Shown here one piece after another: positions 10,631 to 20,097 of a stretch of DNA of 64,000 nucleotides. Source of the DNA: Bacilli bacterium (GTDB lineage: Bacteria > Bacillota_I > Bacilli_A > RF39 > UBA660). The number at the start of each line of letters is the position of its first letter. Within the stretch, counting starts at the first letter, position 1. The DNA is taken from assembly GCA_047971315.1 (NCBI GenBank), contig JBKDZP010000008.1, forward strand, positions 65,225-129,224. The letters run 5' to 3'. The notes beneath the pieces are model-generated. The model did no database searches, was not told where the DNA came from, and saw only the letters and a list, made by a program, of their open reading frames with translations. Made by a program: the position numbers and the translations under genes.

Positions 10631-10700
10631 TTGATTTTTCTTTGTTTTAACATAACCAATACTATTTAATAAAGTTTATTTTTTTTAAAATTCTTAATTA

Positions 10701-11969
10701 CTACTCTTTATCTTCTTTTAATACATGTTTTCCAACTGGTTTACTTTTACGTTTATTAATAATCTCTTTAATTATAATAATAATATATCCTAAAAATAAT
10801 GCAATTGCTATTGAAGATATTATTATAATATATTTAAAATAATTATCATTTAATATATTTAAAGATTCTAAATCATTAGAATTATAAATTTGAACAGTTC
10901 CTTCTGTAGGTTCAAACATATACCAATTTGTTAATCCTGTATCTAAATTCATTGCATAAAACAAAGCATATTTATCAGTTTCATTTTTCTTATAACCAAT
11001 TAAAGTTAAATCACCATAACTTATATTAACTTTATTATATCCTTCAATTAAATTTTTATTTTCTACTTTCAATGTTTGTAATCTTATTTTATTAAAAGAA
11101 GCTTCTTGATATAAAGTATATTCACCATTATCATAAATATATAATTTTTGATTTCCATCACTATCTTTTAATCCTACTAAAGTATATTTTGTAATATCAG
11201 AAATATATGATGGGACTTCTACATCATTAATCGTTAATGTTGATTCACTATAATTTTCTGGAGCAATTAATTTGCTTCTTTTTCTAATAATTGTATAACT
11301 TTTTTTATCTATTTCTACTGTAATTGGGTCATATTCAGTAACTGTAACCTTTAAATTATAAGTTCTAGTTTCACCATTTTCAGCTGTAACTACAACATCA
11401 ACAGAATTTTCACCATCGCTTACATTTCTCTCACCTAAGCCAAATATTGTAGCGCCAGAATCACTAGCAGTACCTGTAACATTTATTGTAGTTGTATCTG
11501 GATTTAAAGAAACAGTATAATTTAATGTATCAGCATTAAATTCTGGACTTAAACTAACACCATCAATTCCTAATGATGATAAAGCATTATTTGAAGATAA
11601 TACAACAACCTTTTTTTCAATTACACTAATCGTAATTGTTTTTGTAGTTGAATATACATTTCCAGAATAATCTGCAGCATCAATTGGTTTTACTGTTATT
11701 GTAGCAGTCCCAACTGAGTTTGCCTGAAAAGTAAAAGTGACAGTATTTTCAATCCAACTACTAGATGATCCACCAGATAAAATTGATGTATTTGAACTAG
11801 TAATTGAAAACTTTCCGGCTACATCTGGAGCTTTAACTGTAACTACAACTGTAGCTCCAACATATACTGAAGTTGCATTAGAACTAATAGTTACAGTACC
11901 AGCTGATACATTTGTTATCCCAAAAAGAAATATAAATAAACTTATAAAAATTACTAATGTTTTTTTCAT
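10701..11969 (-). CDS. Cell-surface protein: signal peptide + Ig-like domain + cadherin-like beta-sandwich domain + C-terminal TM anchor
   Basis: MKKTLVIFISLFIFLFGITNVSA signal peptide. LSSLGIDGVSLSPEFNADTLNYTVSL...ENGETRTYNLKVT matches the 'cadherin-like' beta-sandwich domain pattern. The C-terminal hydrophobic segment IIIISSIAIALFLGYIIIII is followed by a KR-rich tail. Confidence 0.6.
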   Translation of the reverse strand: MKKTLVIFISLFIFLFGITNVSAGTVTISSNATSVYVGATVVVTVKAPDVAGKFSITSSNTSILSGGSSSSWIENTVTFTFQANSVGTATITVKPIDAADYSGNVYSTTKTITISVIEKKVVVLSSNNALSSLGIDGVSLSPEFNADTLNYTVSLNPDTTTINVTGTASDSGATIFGLGERNVSDGENSVDVVVTAENGETRTYNLKVTVTEYDPITVEIDKKSYTIIRKRSKLIAPENYSESTLTINDVEVPSYISDITKYTLVGLKDSDGNQKLYIYDNGEYTLYQEASFNKIRLQTLKVENKNLIEGYNKVNISYGDLTLIGYKKNETDKYALFYAMNLDTGLTNWYMFEPTEGTVQIYNSNDLESLNILNDNYFKYIIIISSIAIALFLGYIIIIIKEIINKRKSKPVGKHVLKEDKE

Positions 11970-11979
11970 ATTTTTTCTC

Positions 11980-13839
11980 CTAACCCATTATTTTATTTTT
12001 TATATTAACATAGTCAAGTGCTGTAATAGAACCATCACTATTAGAATCTGCTGCTTGACTATAAGATCCTGTTAATAAACCATTATTCATTATATGATTT
12101 TTTATTTGAACATAATCAACTGCTGATATTGTTCCATCACCATTTACATCTCCAGCAATTACAATTCTAAAAGTTTGGTCAATAGTTCCATTTGATATTT
12201 TAATAATATCCCCTGTTCCTAATTTTTCAGAACCTGTTATAGTTTTTGTTTCACTACTAGTTGTAGTTGAGATAGTAACAGTTACATTATTATTTACACT
12301 TTGAATATTTGCAATTATTGCTTGAGCTGTTGTTCCTAAATTAACACCGGTAAAATAACTACCCGTAGATTTATACCCAGAACTTGTAATTATCTCAGCA
12401 ATTGATTTATTATTTTCCTCTATTTGATTTGCATCTTCTAGTTCATCAATTGAATCTTGATCAACATTAGTTGGTAATTGATAAGCACTATCTCCCATAT
12501 TGTTGTAAACTGGAATTACAAAATTAATCGGTTGATCCAGTAAACCATCAATAGTTTTATAAGAAGTCCATGTACTTTTTCCTTCAGTATATGGTGCTTG
12601 AATATTTGTCATGTATTGATGATTATAGTTTCCATTATAATTTACTACATCAAATTTTTGAAAATATAAAGTATTTTGTTTAACATTAATATATCCAGTT
12701 GCGATTAAATGTGAACCATTTAATATAGATCCTTCAGCTGTAGTCCATGGACGATTAAAAGATGATGAAACTTGAACACCTTCAGAATTTAACCCAGCAG
12801 CATATTGAAGTGCACAAGATATTGGATTAGCACAAGATGAATACGCACCAATATTAAAAAAATTATAATAAACTATATCATTGATATATCCGCTTCCATT
12901 AGCTGAATTACTTAATTTTCCATCTGATTTAACAACTTCAAGTCTAGATCTAGCTGCCAGAAATACTGGACTTACATTATTTTGTGTACCATCATATCCT
13001 ATAAATGTTGCTGCTTCAATATACGTTTTCGCATATTGTAATAAATCTGTATTAGCAAAAATGGACTTAACTACATCAATTGTTTGATAAGTAGAATTAT
13101 ATCCTAGATTTTCAAATTGAAAAATACCAATTTCATTTAAAAAATTTCTTGGATCCATATAGTATGCTATTGTACTTGAATTAGCTGCATACCAACCACC
13201 TGATTCTTGTTGTATAAAAGAACTAGTCGTTGTATCATATGTTTTATCTGAAACTAATAAATATTTTGCATCAGTAGATTGAATATAACTTAAACCTAAA
13301 TTACTTTCTGCAGTTACTGCAGTATTAAAATCTATATTAGTATTATAAGCTGTAAAAGTCCAATTTGGGTGAATTGTTTTTAAAAAAGCTAAATCTTCCC
13401 AATAACTTGTAGGAAAATCTTTAAATTCAGTAGCATATTGACTTGTATCAACTTCTACTTGAATATTGTCATAGCAAACATATCCAGAATATGTTGAACC
13501 GCTACTTGTAGTTGCTGAAACCTTATAATATCCTTTACTACAACTAGCTGTTGTAGATGCGATTAATTTATCTGTATCTACTATATATACTATTTCTCCA
13601 ACATCTAAGCAGTGTAAGTAACCTGGGGCTCCATATACACTACTCCAAATTCCTGATACTTTTTCTTTACAACTATTAGCAGTTAAATTTGCTGCACTAG
13701 CAAATAATACATCATTTCCCGTTGCATATCCCTTAACATTAGTAGCAGCTTTTACCTTAATTGAAGGCATAAAGCAAACTACAATTACTATAATTGCTAT
13801 TAAATTTTTATTTTTTAATAATTGATTCATTTTATGCAT
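11980..13839 (-). CDS. Secreted multidomain protein: signal peptide, SH3b-like region, central glycoside/peptidoglycan-hydrolase-like domain, C-terminal type-I dockerin
   Basis: The C-terminus has two 22-aa dockerin segments, DVNGDGTISAVDYVQIKNHIMN and DSNSDGSITALDYVNIKNKIMG (Ca-binding DxNxDGxxxxxD). There is an N-terminal signal peptide. The hydrolase assignment of the centre (YYMDPRNFL...) is tentative. Confidence 0.65.
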   Translation of the reverse strand: MHKMNQLLKNKNLIAIIVIVVCFMPSIKVKAATNVKGYATGNDVLFASAANLTANSCKEKVSGIWSSVYGAPGYLHCLDVGEIVYIVDTDKLIASTTASCSKGYYKVSATTSSGSTYSGYVCYDNIQVEVDTSQYATEFKDFPTSYWEDLAFLKTIHPNWTFTAYNTNIDFNTAVTAESNLGLSYIQSTDAKYLLVSDKTYDTTTSSFIQQESGGWYAANSSTIAYYMDPRNFLNEIGIFQFENLGYNSTYQTIDVVKSIFANTDLLQYAKTYIEAATFIGYDGTQNNVSPVFLAARSRLEVVKSDGKLSNSANGSGYINDIVYYNFFNIGAYSSCANPISCALQYAAGLNSEGVQVSSSFNRPWTTAEGSILNGSHLIATGYINVKQNTLYFQKFDVVNYNGNYNHQYMTNIQAPYTEGKSTWTSYKTIDGLLDQPINFVIPVYNNMGDSAYQLPTNVDQDSIDELEDANQIEENNKSIAEIITSSGYKSTGSYFTGVNLGTTAQAIIANIQSVNNNVTVTISTTTSSETKTITGSEKLGTGDIIKISNGTIDQTFRIVIAGDVNGDGTISAVDYVQIKNHIMNNGLLTGSYSQAADSNSDGSITALDYVNIKNKIMG

Positions 13840-13960
13840 CTCCTTTTAATTTTATTATTACAAATACATTATACCAAATTTATGGTCTTTCGTATATATA
13901 ATTATATCAATGTATGTCGATTTTTGTAAAGAAAAAACACTTGTAATTTTTACCAGTGTT

Positions 13961-15295
13961 TTAATTAATATAACTATTTTCATTCATAAAATTAACATAT
14001 GAAATCGAATTATTATAAATAATTTGTTCATTATTTAAAAATTGGTTTAAGATACGATTTAGCTCTAATTTATTAACTGGTTTTGCTAAATATTCATTAA
14101 ATCCAACTGATAAATAATATTTTCTCATTTCAGGTAATGCATTAGCTGTTAAGGCAACTACAGGAGTTTTAAAATTAGGTATTGCTTTTAATTTTTTAAA
14201 AGTTTCTACCCCTGTAAGATTAGGCATCATATCATCCATAAATATTAAATCATAAGTTTTACCAATATTAATATTTTCTAAACAATCTATCCCACTTGTT
14301 ACTGCTTCAACTTCATAATTGGAAGTTTTTAAAAGATTAGATACTACTTTTATATTAATATAATTATCATCTACTATTAATATTTTCTTTTTATTAATTG
14401 TATTTACCAAATTATTTAATTCTTCTATATTATATTTTTGATCAATTGCAATAGTAAATTTAGAACCTTTTCCAAATACGCTTTGCACTACTACTTTACC
14501 ACCCATTAATTCAAGTAAATGTTTTGTAATAGCTAGTCCAAGTCCTGTTCCAGATGTTGTTGTATTGTAATCTTCTTCGGCTCTTGTAAACTTTTCAAAT
14601 AAATGGTTAATATCATCTGTTTTAATACCTTTTCCAGAATCTTCTACTGATATGACTAAACGACATACATCTTTTTTTGTAAATGAATCAACTTTCAAAA
14701 TTATAAATCCTTTTTCTGTATATTTAATTGCATTATCCAAAACATGCATAATTACTTTCTTTATATTTTCAATATCTCCATTTAATAATTTTGGAATATC
14801 TGATGAAATATAAGTTTTAAAGTCTATTTCTTTATTTATTATTTTTTTATTTACTGATTCTTTAATACTATCAAATAAATAAACTGTTTCATAGTTTGAA
14901 TTAGAAATTGTAACTTTACCATCTTCAATTTGTGATATATCAAATACACCATTTACGATTTCAAGTAATGTGTTAGAAGCTGTAATTACTTCTTTTGCAC
15001 TATCATATATTTCGTCAAAGTCATTCGATTCTTTTATAATTTCAGAAAATCCTACTATCGCATTTAATGGTGTTCTAATTTCATGTGATATACTAGATAA
15101 AAAGTCACTTTTATTACGATCTGTTTTATCTAATTTTATTTTAGTTTCTTTTAATTCTTCGTTTAATTTTTTATTATTTTTATTTATTATTACATATAAG
15201 ATACCAAATATTATGATTTCTAAACTTAAAACAACGAATTTATTTGAAATAAAAATTGTTATAAAAGCAATAATTCCACCCAAAAAAATTATCAT
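13961..15295 (-). CDS. Hybrid sensor histidine kinase (1 TM, HisKA, HATPase_c, C-terminal receiver domain)
   Basis: H-box SHEIRTPLNAIVGFSE, G-boxes GTGLGLAITKHL / GKGSKF, then REC KKILIVDDNYINIKV...DLIFMDDMMP...K. It is a paralogue of the kinase at 41249..44035. Confidence 0.8.
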   Translation of the reverse strand: MIIFLGGIIAFITIFISNKFVVLSLEIIIFGILYVIINKNNKKLNEELKETKIKLDKTDRNKSDFLSSISHEIRTPLNAIVGFSEIIKESNDFDEIYDSAKEVITASNTLLEIVNGVFDISQIEDGKVTISNSNYETVYLFDSIKESVNKKIINKEIDFKTYISSDIPKLLNGDIENIKKVIMHVLDNAIKYTEKGFIILKVDSFTKKDVCRLVISVEDSGKGIKTDDINHLFEKFTRAEEDYNTTTSGTGLGLAITKHLLELMGGKVVVQSVFGKGSKFTIAIDQKYNIEELNNLVNTINKKKILIVDDNYINIKVVSNLLKTSNYEVEAVTSGIDCLENINIGKTYDLIFMDDMMPNLTGVETFKKLKAIPNFKTPVVALTANALPEMRKYYLSVGFNEYLAKPVNKLELNRILNQFLNNEQIIYNNSISYVNFMNENSYIN

Positions 15296-15531
15296 ATTTT
15301 TCCCCCTTTTTTAAGTTGTTGCTTATTATACTCATTTTTTATAATTTGTCAAATTACTATATTATATTTAAAAATTAAATTATTTCATAGAAAAAGGAAA
15401 ACCATAAACACTATGATTTTCCATTGTACTTTTTAAGTACACTACATTATATGTTTTTATTTTATTTTTATCTCTTGAATTGATTATTTTTTTTAAATTT
15501 GCTAAAATAGTATTAATATGGAGGATAAAAT

Positions 15532-16197
15532 ATGAAAAAAAATGATTATAAAAGACTAATCCCAAATATTTTGACAATTTCTAGAATTGTAATTACCCCT
15601 TTTATTATAATACTCGGTATTTTAGGACAAATAAACATCGTTATTGTATTAGTTATTATTGCTGCAATTACTGATTTAATTGATGGTAATTTAGCTAGAT
15701 ACTGGAATGTAACTTCATTAAAGGGTGCTAAATTAGATACAATAGCTGATAAAATATTTGCTATTGGAATAACTGCTAGTTTAATTACAAGATATCAAAT
15801 ATTTATTATACCTTTAATTTTAGAAATTATTTTAGGATTATTAAATCTTTATTTTCATTTTAAAACAAATAAAACAGAATCATTAAATATTGGTAAAATT
15901 AAAACATGGATTTTATTTACTACTTTAATTATTGGTATTTTAGCTACATTTACTAATTCATTTAATAAAATATTAACCGGATTTGCTTTTACAACAATTA
16001 ATTTACAAGTTTTATGTTTTATTTTTTATTCTGTTAATTTTTGTCATAATATTACTAAGAAAAAAATTTCAATTGAAGACGAACCTATGCATAAAAAAAT
16101 TATGCAAAATATTGATAATAATAATTATGAAAAAACATTAGTTTTAGATGAAATTAAAAGTTTAAATAATAAAATATTTGATTATGATAAGTACTAA
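15532..16197 (+). CDS. pgsA: CDP-alcohol phosphatidyltransferase (phosphatidylglycerophosphate synthase-like)
   Basis: CDP-OH transferase motif DLIDGNLARYWNVTSLKGAKLDTIADK (D-G-x2-AR-x8-G-x3-D-x3-D); multi-TM, 221 aa. Confidence 0.75.
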   Translation: MKKNDYKRLIPNILTISRIVITPFIIILGILGQINIVIVLVIIAAITDLIDGNLARYWNVTSLKGAKLDTIADKIFAIGITASLITRYQIFIIPLILEIILGLLNLYFHFKTNKTESLNIGKIKTWILFTTLIIGILATFTNSFNKILTGFAFTTINLQVLCFIFYSVNFCHNITKKKISIEDEPMHKKIMQNIDNNNYEKTLVLDEIKSLNNKIFDYDKY

Positions 16198-16224
16198 AAA
16201 GCCTCCAATTGGAGGCTTTTATTA
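16196..16224. terminator. Bidirectional rho-independent terminator
   Basis: Perfect palindrome aaaagcctccaattggaggctttt, directly after the pgsA stop. Confidence 0.6.
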
Positions 16225-16375
16225 CATCATATTTTCTAATTTGTTATTTGCTTTTCTAACTGTTTCTTTTTTTACTTCGTCTACTTTTTTCATAATAGGC
16301 TTATTATACTTTTGATATGCCAAAACAGCTCCCGCACCTAAGGTAATAAGTGCTAAATCTTTACCTAATTTCATA
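16223..16375 (-). CDS. Small (50 aa) hydrophobic/basic protein, unannotated short ORF
   Basis: My translation gives MKLGKDLALITLGAGAVLAYQKYNKPIMKKVDEVKKETVRKANNKLENMM. It is below the 60-aa ORF-track cutoff; one predicted TM helix. Confidence 0.3.
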
Positions 16376-16467
16376 ATATCACCCTCTTAAGTATTATCCA
16401 GTTTCAATAGAAAATATGATTTTGTATGTAATTGAACTTATACATACACTAGTAGTTTGTATCGGTT

Positions 16468-18687
16468 TTATTTTTTTATGCAATTTTCTTTTATTTTTTT
16501 ATTTAAATTTGTTTTTCTAATACTATCATAATTACATTCAATTCCTCTAACGAATGCTTGTGGTTCACCAATTAATATTAATTTTTTCTTTGCTCTTGTA
16601 ATTCCTGTATAAATAAGTTTTCGATATAACATTCTTCCATAACTATTTGTAAATGGTAACACTACAATATCAAATTCACTTCCTTGAGATTTATGAATAC
16701 TTATTATAAATCCATGTTTTATTTTATTAAAATCTTTTGGTAAATATATTACTTCTAAACCATCATAATCTACATGTATTTCATTTTTACCACTTTCACT
16801 GATATTTGCAGCAATAATATATTTAATAAATCCAATGTCACCATTAAATACATTCTCATCTGGCATATTAACAAGTTGTAATATTTTATCGTTTTCTCTA
16901 AATGTTACATCACCATATTTAATTTCTTTTTTTGTTTTAGATTTAGGATTAAATACTTCTTGTAATTCTTTATTTAAATTATCAATTCCATTTTCTCCTC
17001 TATAAATAGGTGCCATTACTTGGATTTTTTTCAAATCATAACATTTAGAAATAATTTGTTCACAAAGTGTTCTTAAATTACTTTTTATACTATTACTATT
17101 ACATTTTAAAAAAGTATAATCACATCTTGTTTCTAAAAAACTTTCATTTAAACTATTAGAAACTATTTCCTTAGCTAAAGCTGGTATATAAGAATTATCA
17201 TCTTGTCTATATAAATGATCTAGTTCAATTTTTTTTATTACTCCACATTCAATTAAATCTTTTAGTACTTCTCCAGGTCCAACACTTGGTAATTGATTAA
17301 AGTCTCCAACTAAAACTAATTTAATAGCATTTGTTAATCCTTTAAGTAAATTATCCATTAAATTAATGTCTATCATACTGACCTCATCTACTATAATTAA
17401 ATTACTATTATCTTTGTCAAATTCATTAATTGCGAATTCATTTGTATCTTTATTCCATTTTAAAAATCGATGAATTGTTGAAGCTGGTAAAAGAGTTGAT
17501 TCACTCATTCTTTTACTTGCTCTTCCTGTTGGTGCTAATAATGCCACATTTTTAACTAATTGATCATAATTATATGCATTTATATTTTTATATAATGATA
17601 CTATAGCTTTGATAATTGTTGTTTTTCCTGTTCCTGGTCCACCAGTTATTATAACGATATTATTTTCAAGTGATTCTTTTATTGCTTCTTTTTGTTTATC
17701 GTTATATTCTATATTTAATTCTTCTTCTAAATTTTTAATAAATTTATCTAGTTGTTTAAATTTATCTAAAGGTTTATTTATTAAGTAGTTTATTTTTTTT
17801 ATAATATTATTTTCAGCATCATAAATATCTTTTAGGTAAAATTTTTCACCTTCTAATATTATTTTTGATTCAAAACGCAATATATCTAAATAATTTATAA
17901 ACATATCATCATCGATTTCATTGTTTAAATATTTTATTGTCTCTATTTTTATATCATCATAAGTTAAATATGTATTTCCAGTTTGAAAAGTAATATTTTT
18001 AAAAACAAACAAAATACAAGCAATAATTCTTCTTTCATCATTTTCTTCAATTCCCATTTTATTACTAATTTCATCTATTTTAGTAAATGATATTTCTAAT
18101 TCTTCATCTAATAATTTAAAAATATTATGTTCAATAATATTTATTGTATTACTTTTATATTTATTATATATTACTAATGCATCTTTAATTGGAAAACCTA
18201 AGTCAGTTAAATAAACTATAATTTTATGACTTTCTTCATATTTAATTAGTGTTTCATAAATCAATTTAGCTTTTTTATTAGATAATTTTGGAACTAAATT
18301 TAAACAACCTTCTTCTAATAAAATTCTTTCTAAGGTAGTTTCACCAAGTGTATTAACAATTGTTGTAGCAAGTTTTTCTCCAACAGTAGGAAATAAATCA
18401 CTACTTAAGAATTGAATAATACCGTCTTTATCTTCGGGTTTAACTCTTTCATAGTCTTCTACAGTATACTGAACACCATATTTAGGATGTGTTATTAATT
18501 CACCATAAAATGTATACATATCGTTTTCATTTAATTCAGCAAAATAACCTGTAAAAGTTATAGTTTTATTTACATAATCATTCATATTTTCATCATTAGT
18601 TTCTTTTAGTTTAAATATTCCTATATGATACCCTTTGTCTGATTTATAAATACTTTGTTTATAAATTCCTTTTATATAGTTTTTCAT
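16468..18687 (-). CDS. recD2: ATP-dependent RecD-like DNA helicase (RecD2)
   Basis: 739 aa; Walker A IITGGPGTGKTT, LAPTGRASKRMSE, DEVSMID; architecture typical of Firmicute RecD2. Confidence 0.85.
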   Translation of the reverse strand: MKNYIKGIYKQSIYKSDKGYHIGIFKLKETNDENMNDYVNKTITFTGYFAELNENDMYTFYGELITHPKYGVQYTVEDYERVKPEDKDGIIQFLSSDLFPTVGEKLATTIVNTLGETTLERILLEEGCLNLVPKLSNKKAKLIYETLIKYEESHKIIVYLTDLGFPIKDALVIYNKYKSNTINIIEHNIFKLLDEELEISFTKIDEISNKMGIEENDERRIIACILFVFKNITFQTGNTYLTYDDIKIETIKYLNNEIDDDMFINYLDILRFESKIILEGEKFYLKDIYDAENNIIKKINYLINKPLDKFKQLDKFIKNLEEELNIEYNDKQKEAIKESLENNIVIITGGPGTGKTTIIKAIVSLYKNINAYNYDQLVKNVALLAPTGRASKRMSESTLLPASTIHRFLKWNKDTNEFAINEFDKDNSNLIIVDEVSMIDINLMDNLLKGLTNAIKLVLVGDFNQLPSVGPGEVLKDLIECGVIKKIELDHLYRQDDNSYIPALAKEIVSNSLNESFLETRCDYTFLKCNSNSIKSNLRTLCEQIISKCYDLKKIQVMAPIYRGENGIDNLNKELQEVFNPKSKTKKEIKYGDVTFRENDKILQLVNMPDENVFNGDIGFIKYIIAANISESGKNEIHVDYDGLEVIYLPKDFNKIKHGFIISIHKSQGSEFDIVVLPFTNSYGRMLYRKLIYTGITRAKKKLILIGEPQAFVRGIECNYDSIRKTNLNKKIKENCIKK

Positions 18688-18754
18688 TCCTACACCTCTT
18701 TTTTTATTATAACAAACATTTATTTTTTTTAAAAGTTTTAAATTTCAGTTAAAT

Positions 18755-18790
18755 ATAAAAACCTAGTTGCCTAGGTAATTAATTTAACAG
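18755..18790 (-). terminator. Probable terminator after mtaB
   Basis: On the minus strand, the acctaggcaactaggtt hairpin is followed by tttta. Confidence 0.35.
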
Positions 18791-18796
18791 TTATAA

Positions 18797-20068
18797 TTAG
18801 ATTCTAGTTCCAATAATATAGGGATATTCAATTTTTTCCAACTTCACTTCTATATCTTTATTTAAATCATTTTTATCACCTTTTGTTTTTATTTGTAAAT
18901 AATTTCCAGAGTGACCAGTTATATTATTATTGTTTAAAGTTTCAGGCAAAAATGTAATTGTACTATTTAAAAACTTTTCCATATATTCTAGTTCTAAATT
19001 TTTAGATATTTCTAATAGAGTTTTTACTCTTTGTTTTTTATTTTTTTCGTCAATTTGATTATCTAGTTTACTCGCTGGAGTTCCATCTCTTTTTGAATAT
19101 GCGAAAACATGTAATTTAGTAAATTTTATTTTATTTATTTCATTAACTGTTTCTTGAAATTCTTCTTCTGTTTCACCTGGAAATCCTACAATTACATCTG
19201 TTGTTATTGAAATATTATTTCTTATTTCTCTTATTTTATTAATTATTTCAATAAATTTTTCCATTTGATATTTACGATTCATTCTTTTTAGTACTGTATT
19301 TGATCCACTTTGTAATGGTATATGAAAATGGTCTACTAATATTTTATTATTTTTCAAAATATTTAATATTCTATCATTTATTTCAGTTGCTTCAAGTGAT
19401 GAAATTCTTAGTCTAACTAGACCTTCAATTAAAACTAGTTCTTCTAATAAATTCGCAAAATCATAGTTTTCAAATTCAGAACCATAATTTCCTGTATGAA
19501 TTCCTGTTAAAACTATTTCTTTATGTCCATTTTCTATTAAATTTTTTATTTCTGTTATTACATCATTTTTTCTTTTACTTCTCACATTACCTCTTGTATA
19601 AGGAATTACACAATATGTACAGAAGTTATTACATCCGTCTTGTATTTTAACGAAAGCTCTTGTTTTATTAAAATTGTTTAGTATCATTGGTTCAAATTCT
19701 GTATTGCTTATATCACTTATATCAATTTTTGTTTTATTTGTCTTCAAATATTCTTCTATATAGTCTACAATTTTAGTTTTATTAATGTTACCTATTATTA
19801 TATCAACACCATCTATAGTTGTTTGCTTATTTTGTACTAGACAACCACATACTATTATAATACTTTTGCTATTATTATTTATTGCTCTTCTTATTATTTT
19901 CATTGATTTATTATCTGCAGTATTTGTAACACTACATGTATTTATTACTATTATATCAGCTAAGTCATTGTTAACTTCAATATAACCTTTGTTTTTAAGC
20001 AAATCGCTAATTACGCTTGATTCATATGTATTAACTTTACATCCTAATGTATATATTTGAAATGTCAT
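18797..20068 (-). CDS. mtaB: Radical-SAM tRNA methylthiotransferase (MtaB/YqeV-like)
   Basis: The N-terminal MTTase domain is TFQIYTLGCKVNTYES. The radical-SAM CxxxCxxC motif is present as GCNNFCTYCVIP, and a TRAM-like C-terminus follows. It lies downstream of rsmE as in B. subtilis yqeU-yqeV. Confidence 0.8.
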   Translation of the reverse strand: MTFQIYTLGCKVNTYESSVISDLLKNKGYIEVNNDLADIIVINTCSVTNTADNKSMKIIRRAINNNSKSIIIVCGCLVQNKQTTIDGVDIIIGNINKTKIVDYIEEYLKTNKTKIDISDISNTEFEPMILNNFNKTRAFVKIQDGCNNFCTYCVIPYTRGNVRSKRKNDVITEIKNLIENGHKEIVLTGIHTGNYGSEFENYDFANLLEELVLIEGLVRLRISSLEATEINDRILNILKNNKILVDHFHIPLQSGSNTVLKRMNRKYQMEKFIEIINKIREIRNNISITTDVIVGFPGETEEEFQETVNEINKIKFTKLHVFAYSKRDGTPASKLDNQIDEKNKKQRVKTLLEISKNLELEYMEKFLNSTITFLPETLNNNNITGHSGNYLQIKTKGDKNDLNKDIEVKLEKIEYPYIIGTRI

Positions 20069-20097
20069 AAATTCCTCCTAAAAAAGACCAATTGGTC

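Noticed and set aside
10701-11969. First domain of the 422-aa surface protein as a cohesin partner for the adjacent dockerin protein
   Set aside because: The domain is only about 90 aa with Ig-like (Big_2-type) periodicity. Cohesins are about 140-aa nine-stranded sandwiches with different conserved patches. There is no support from sequence alone.
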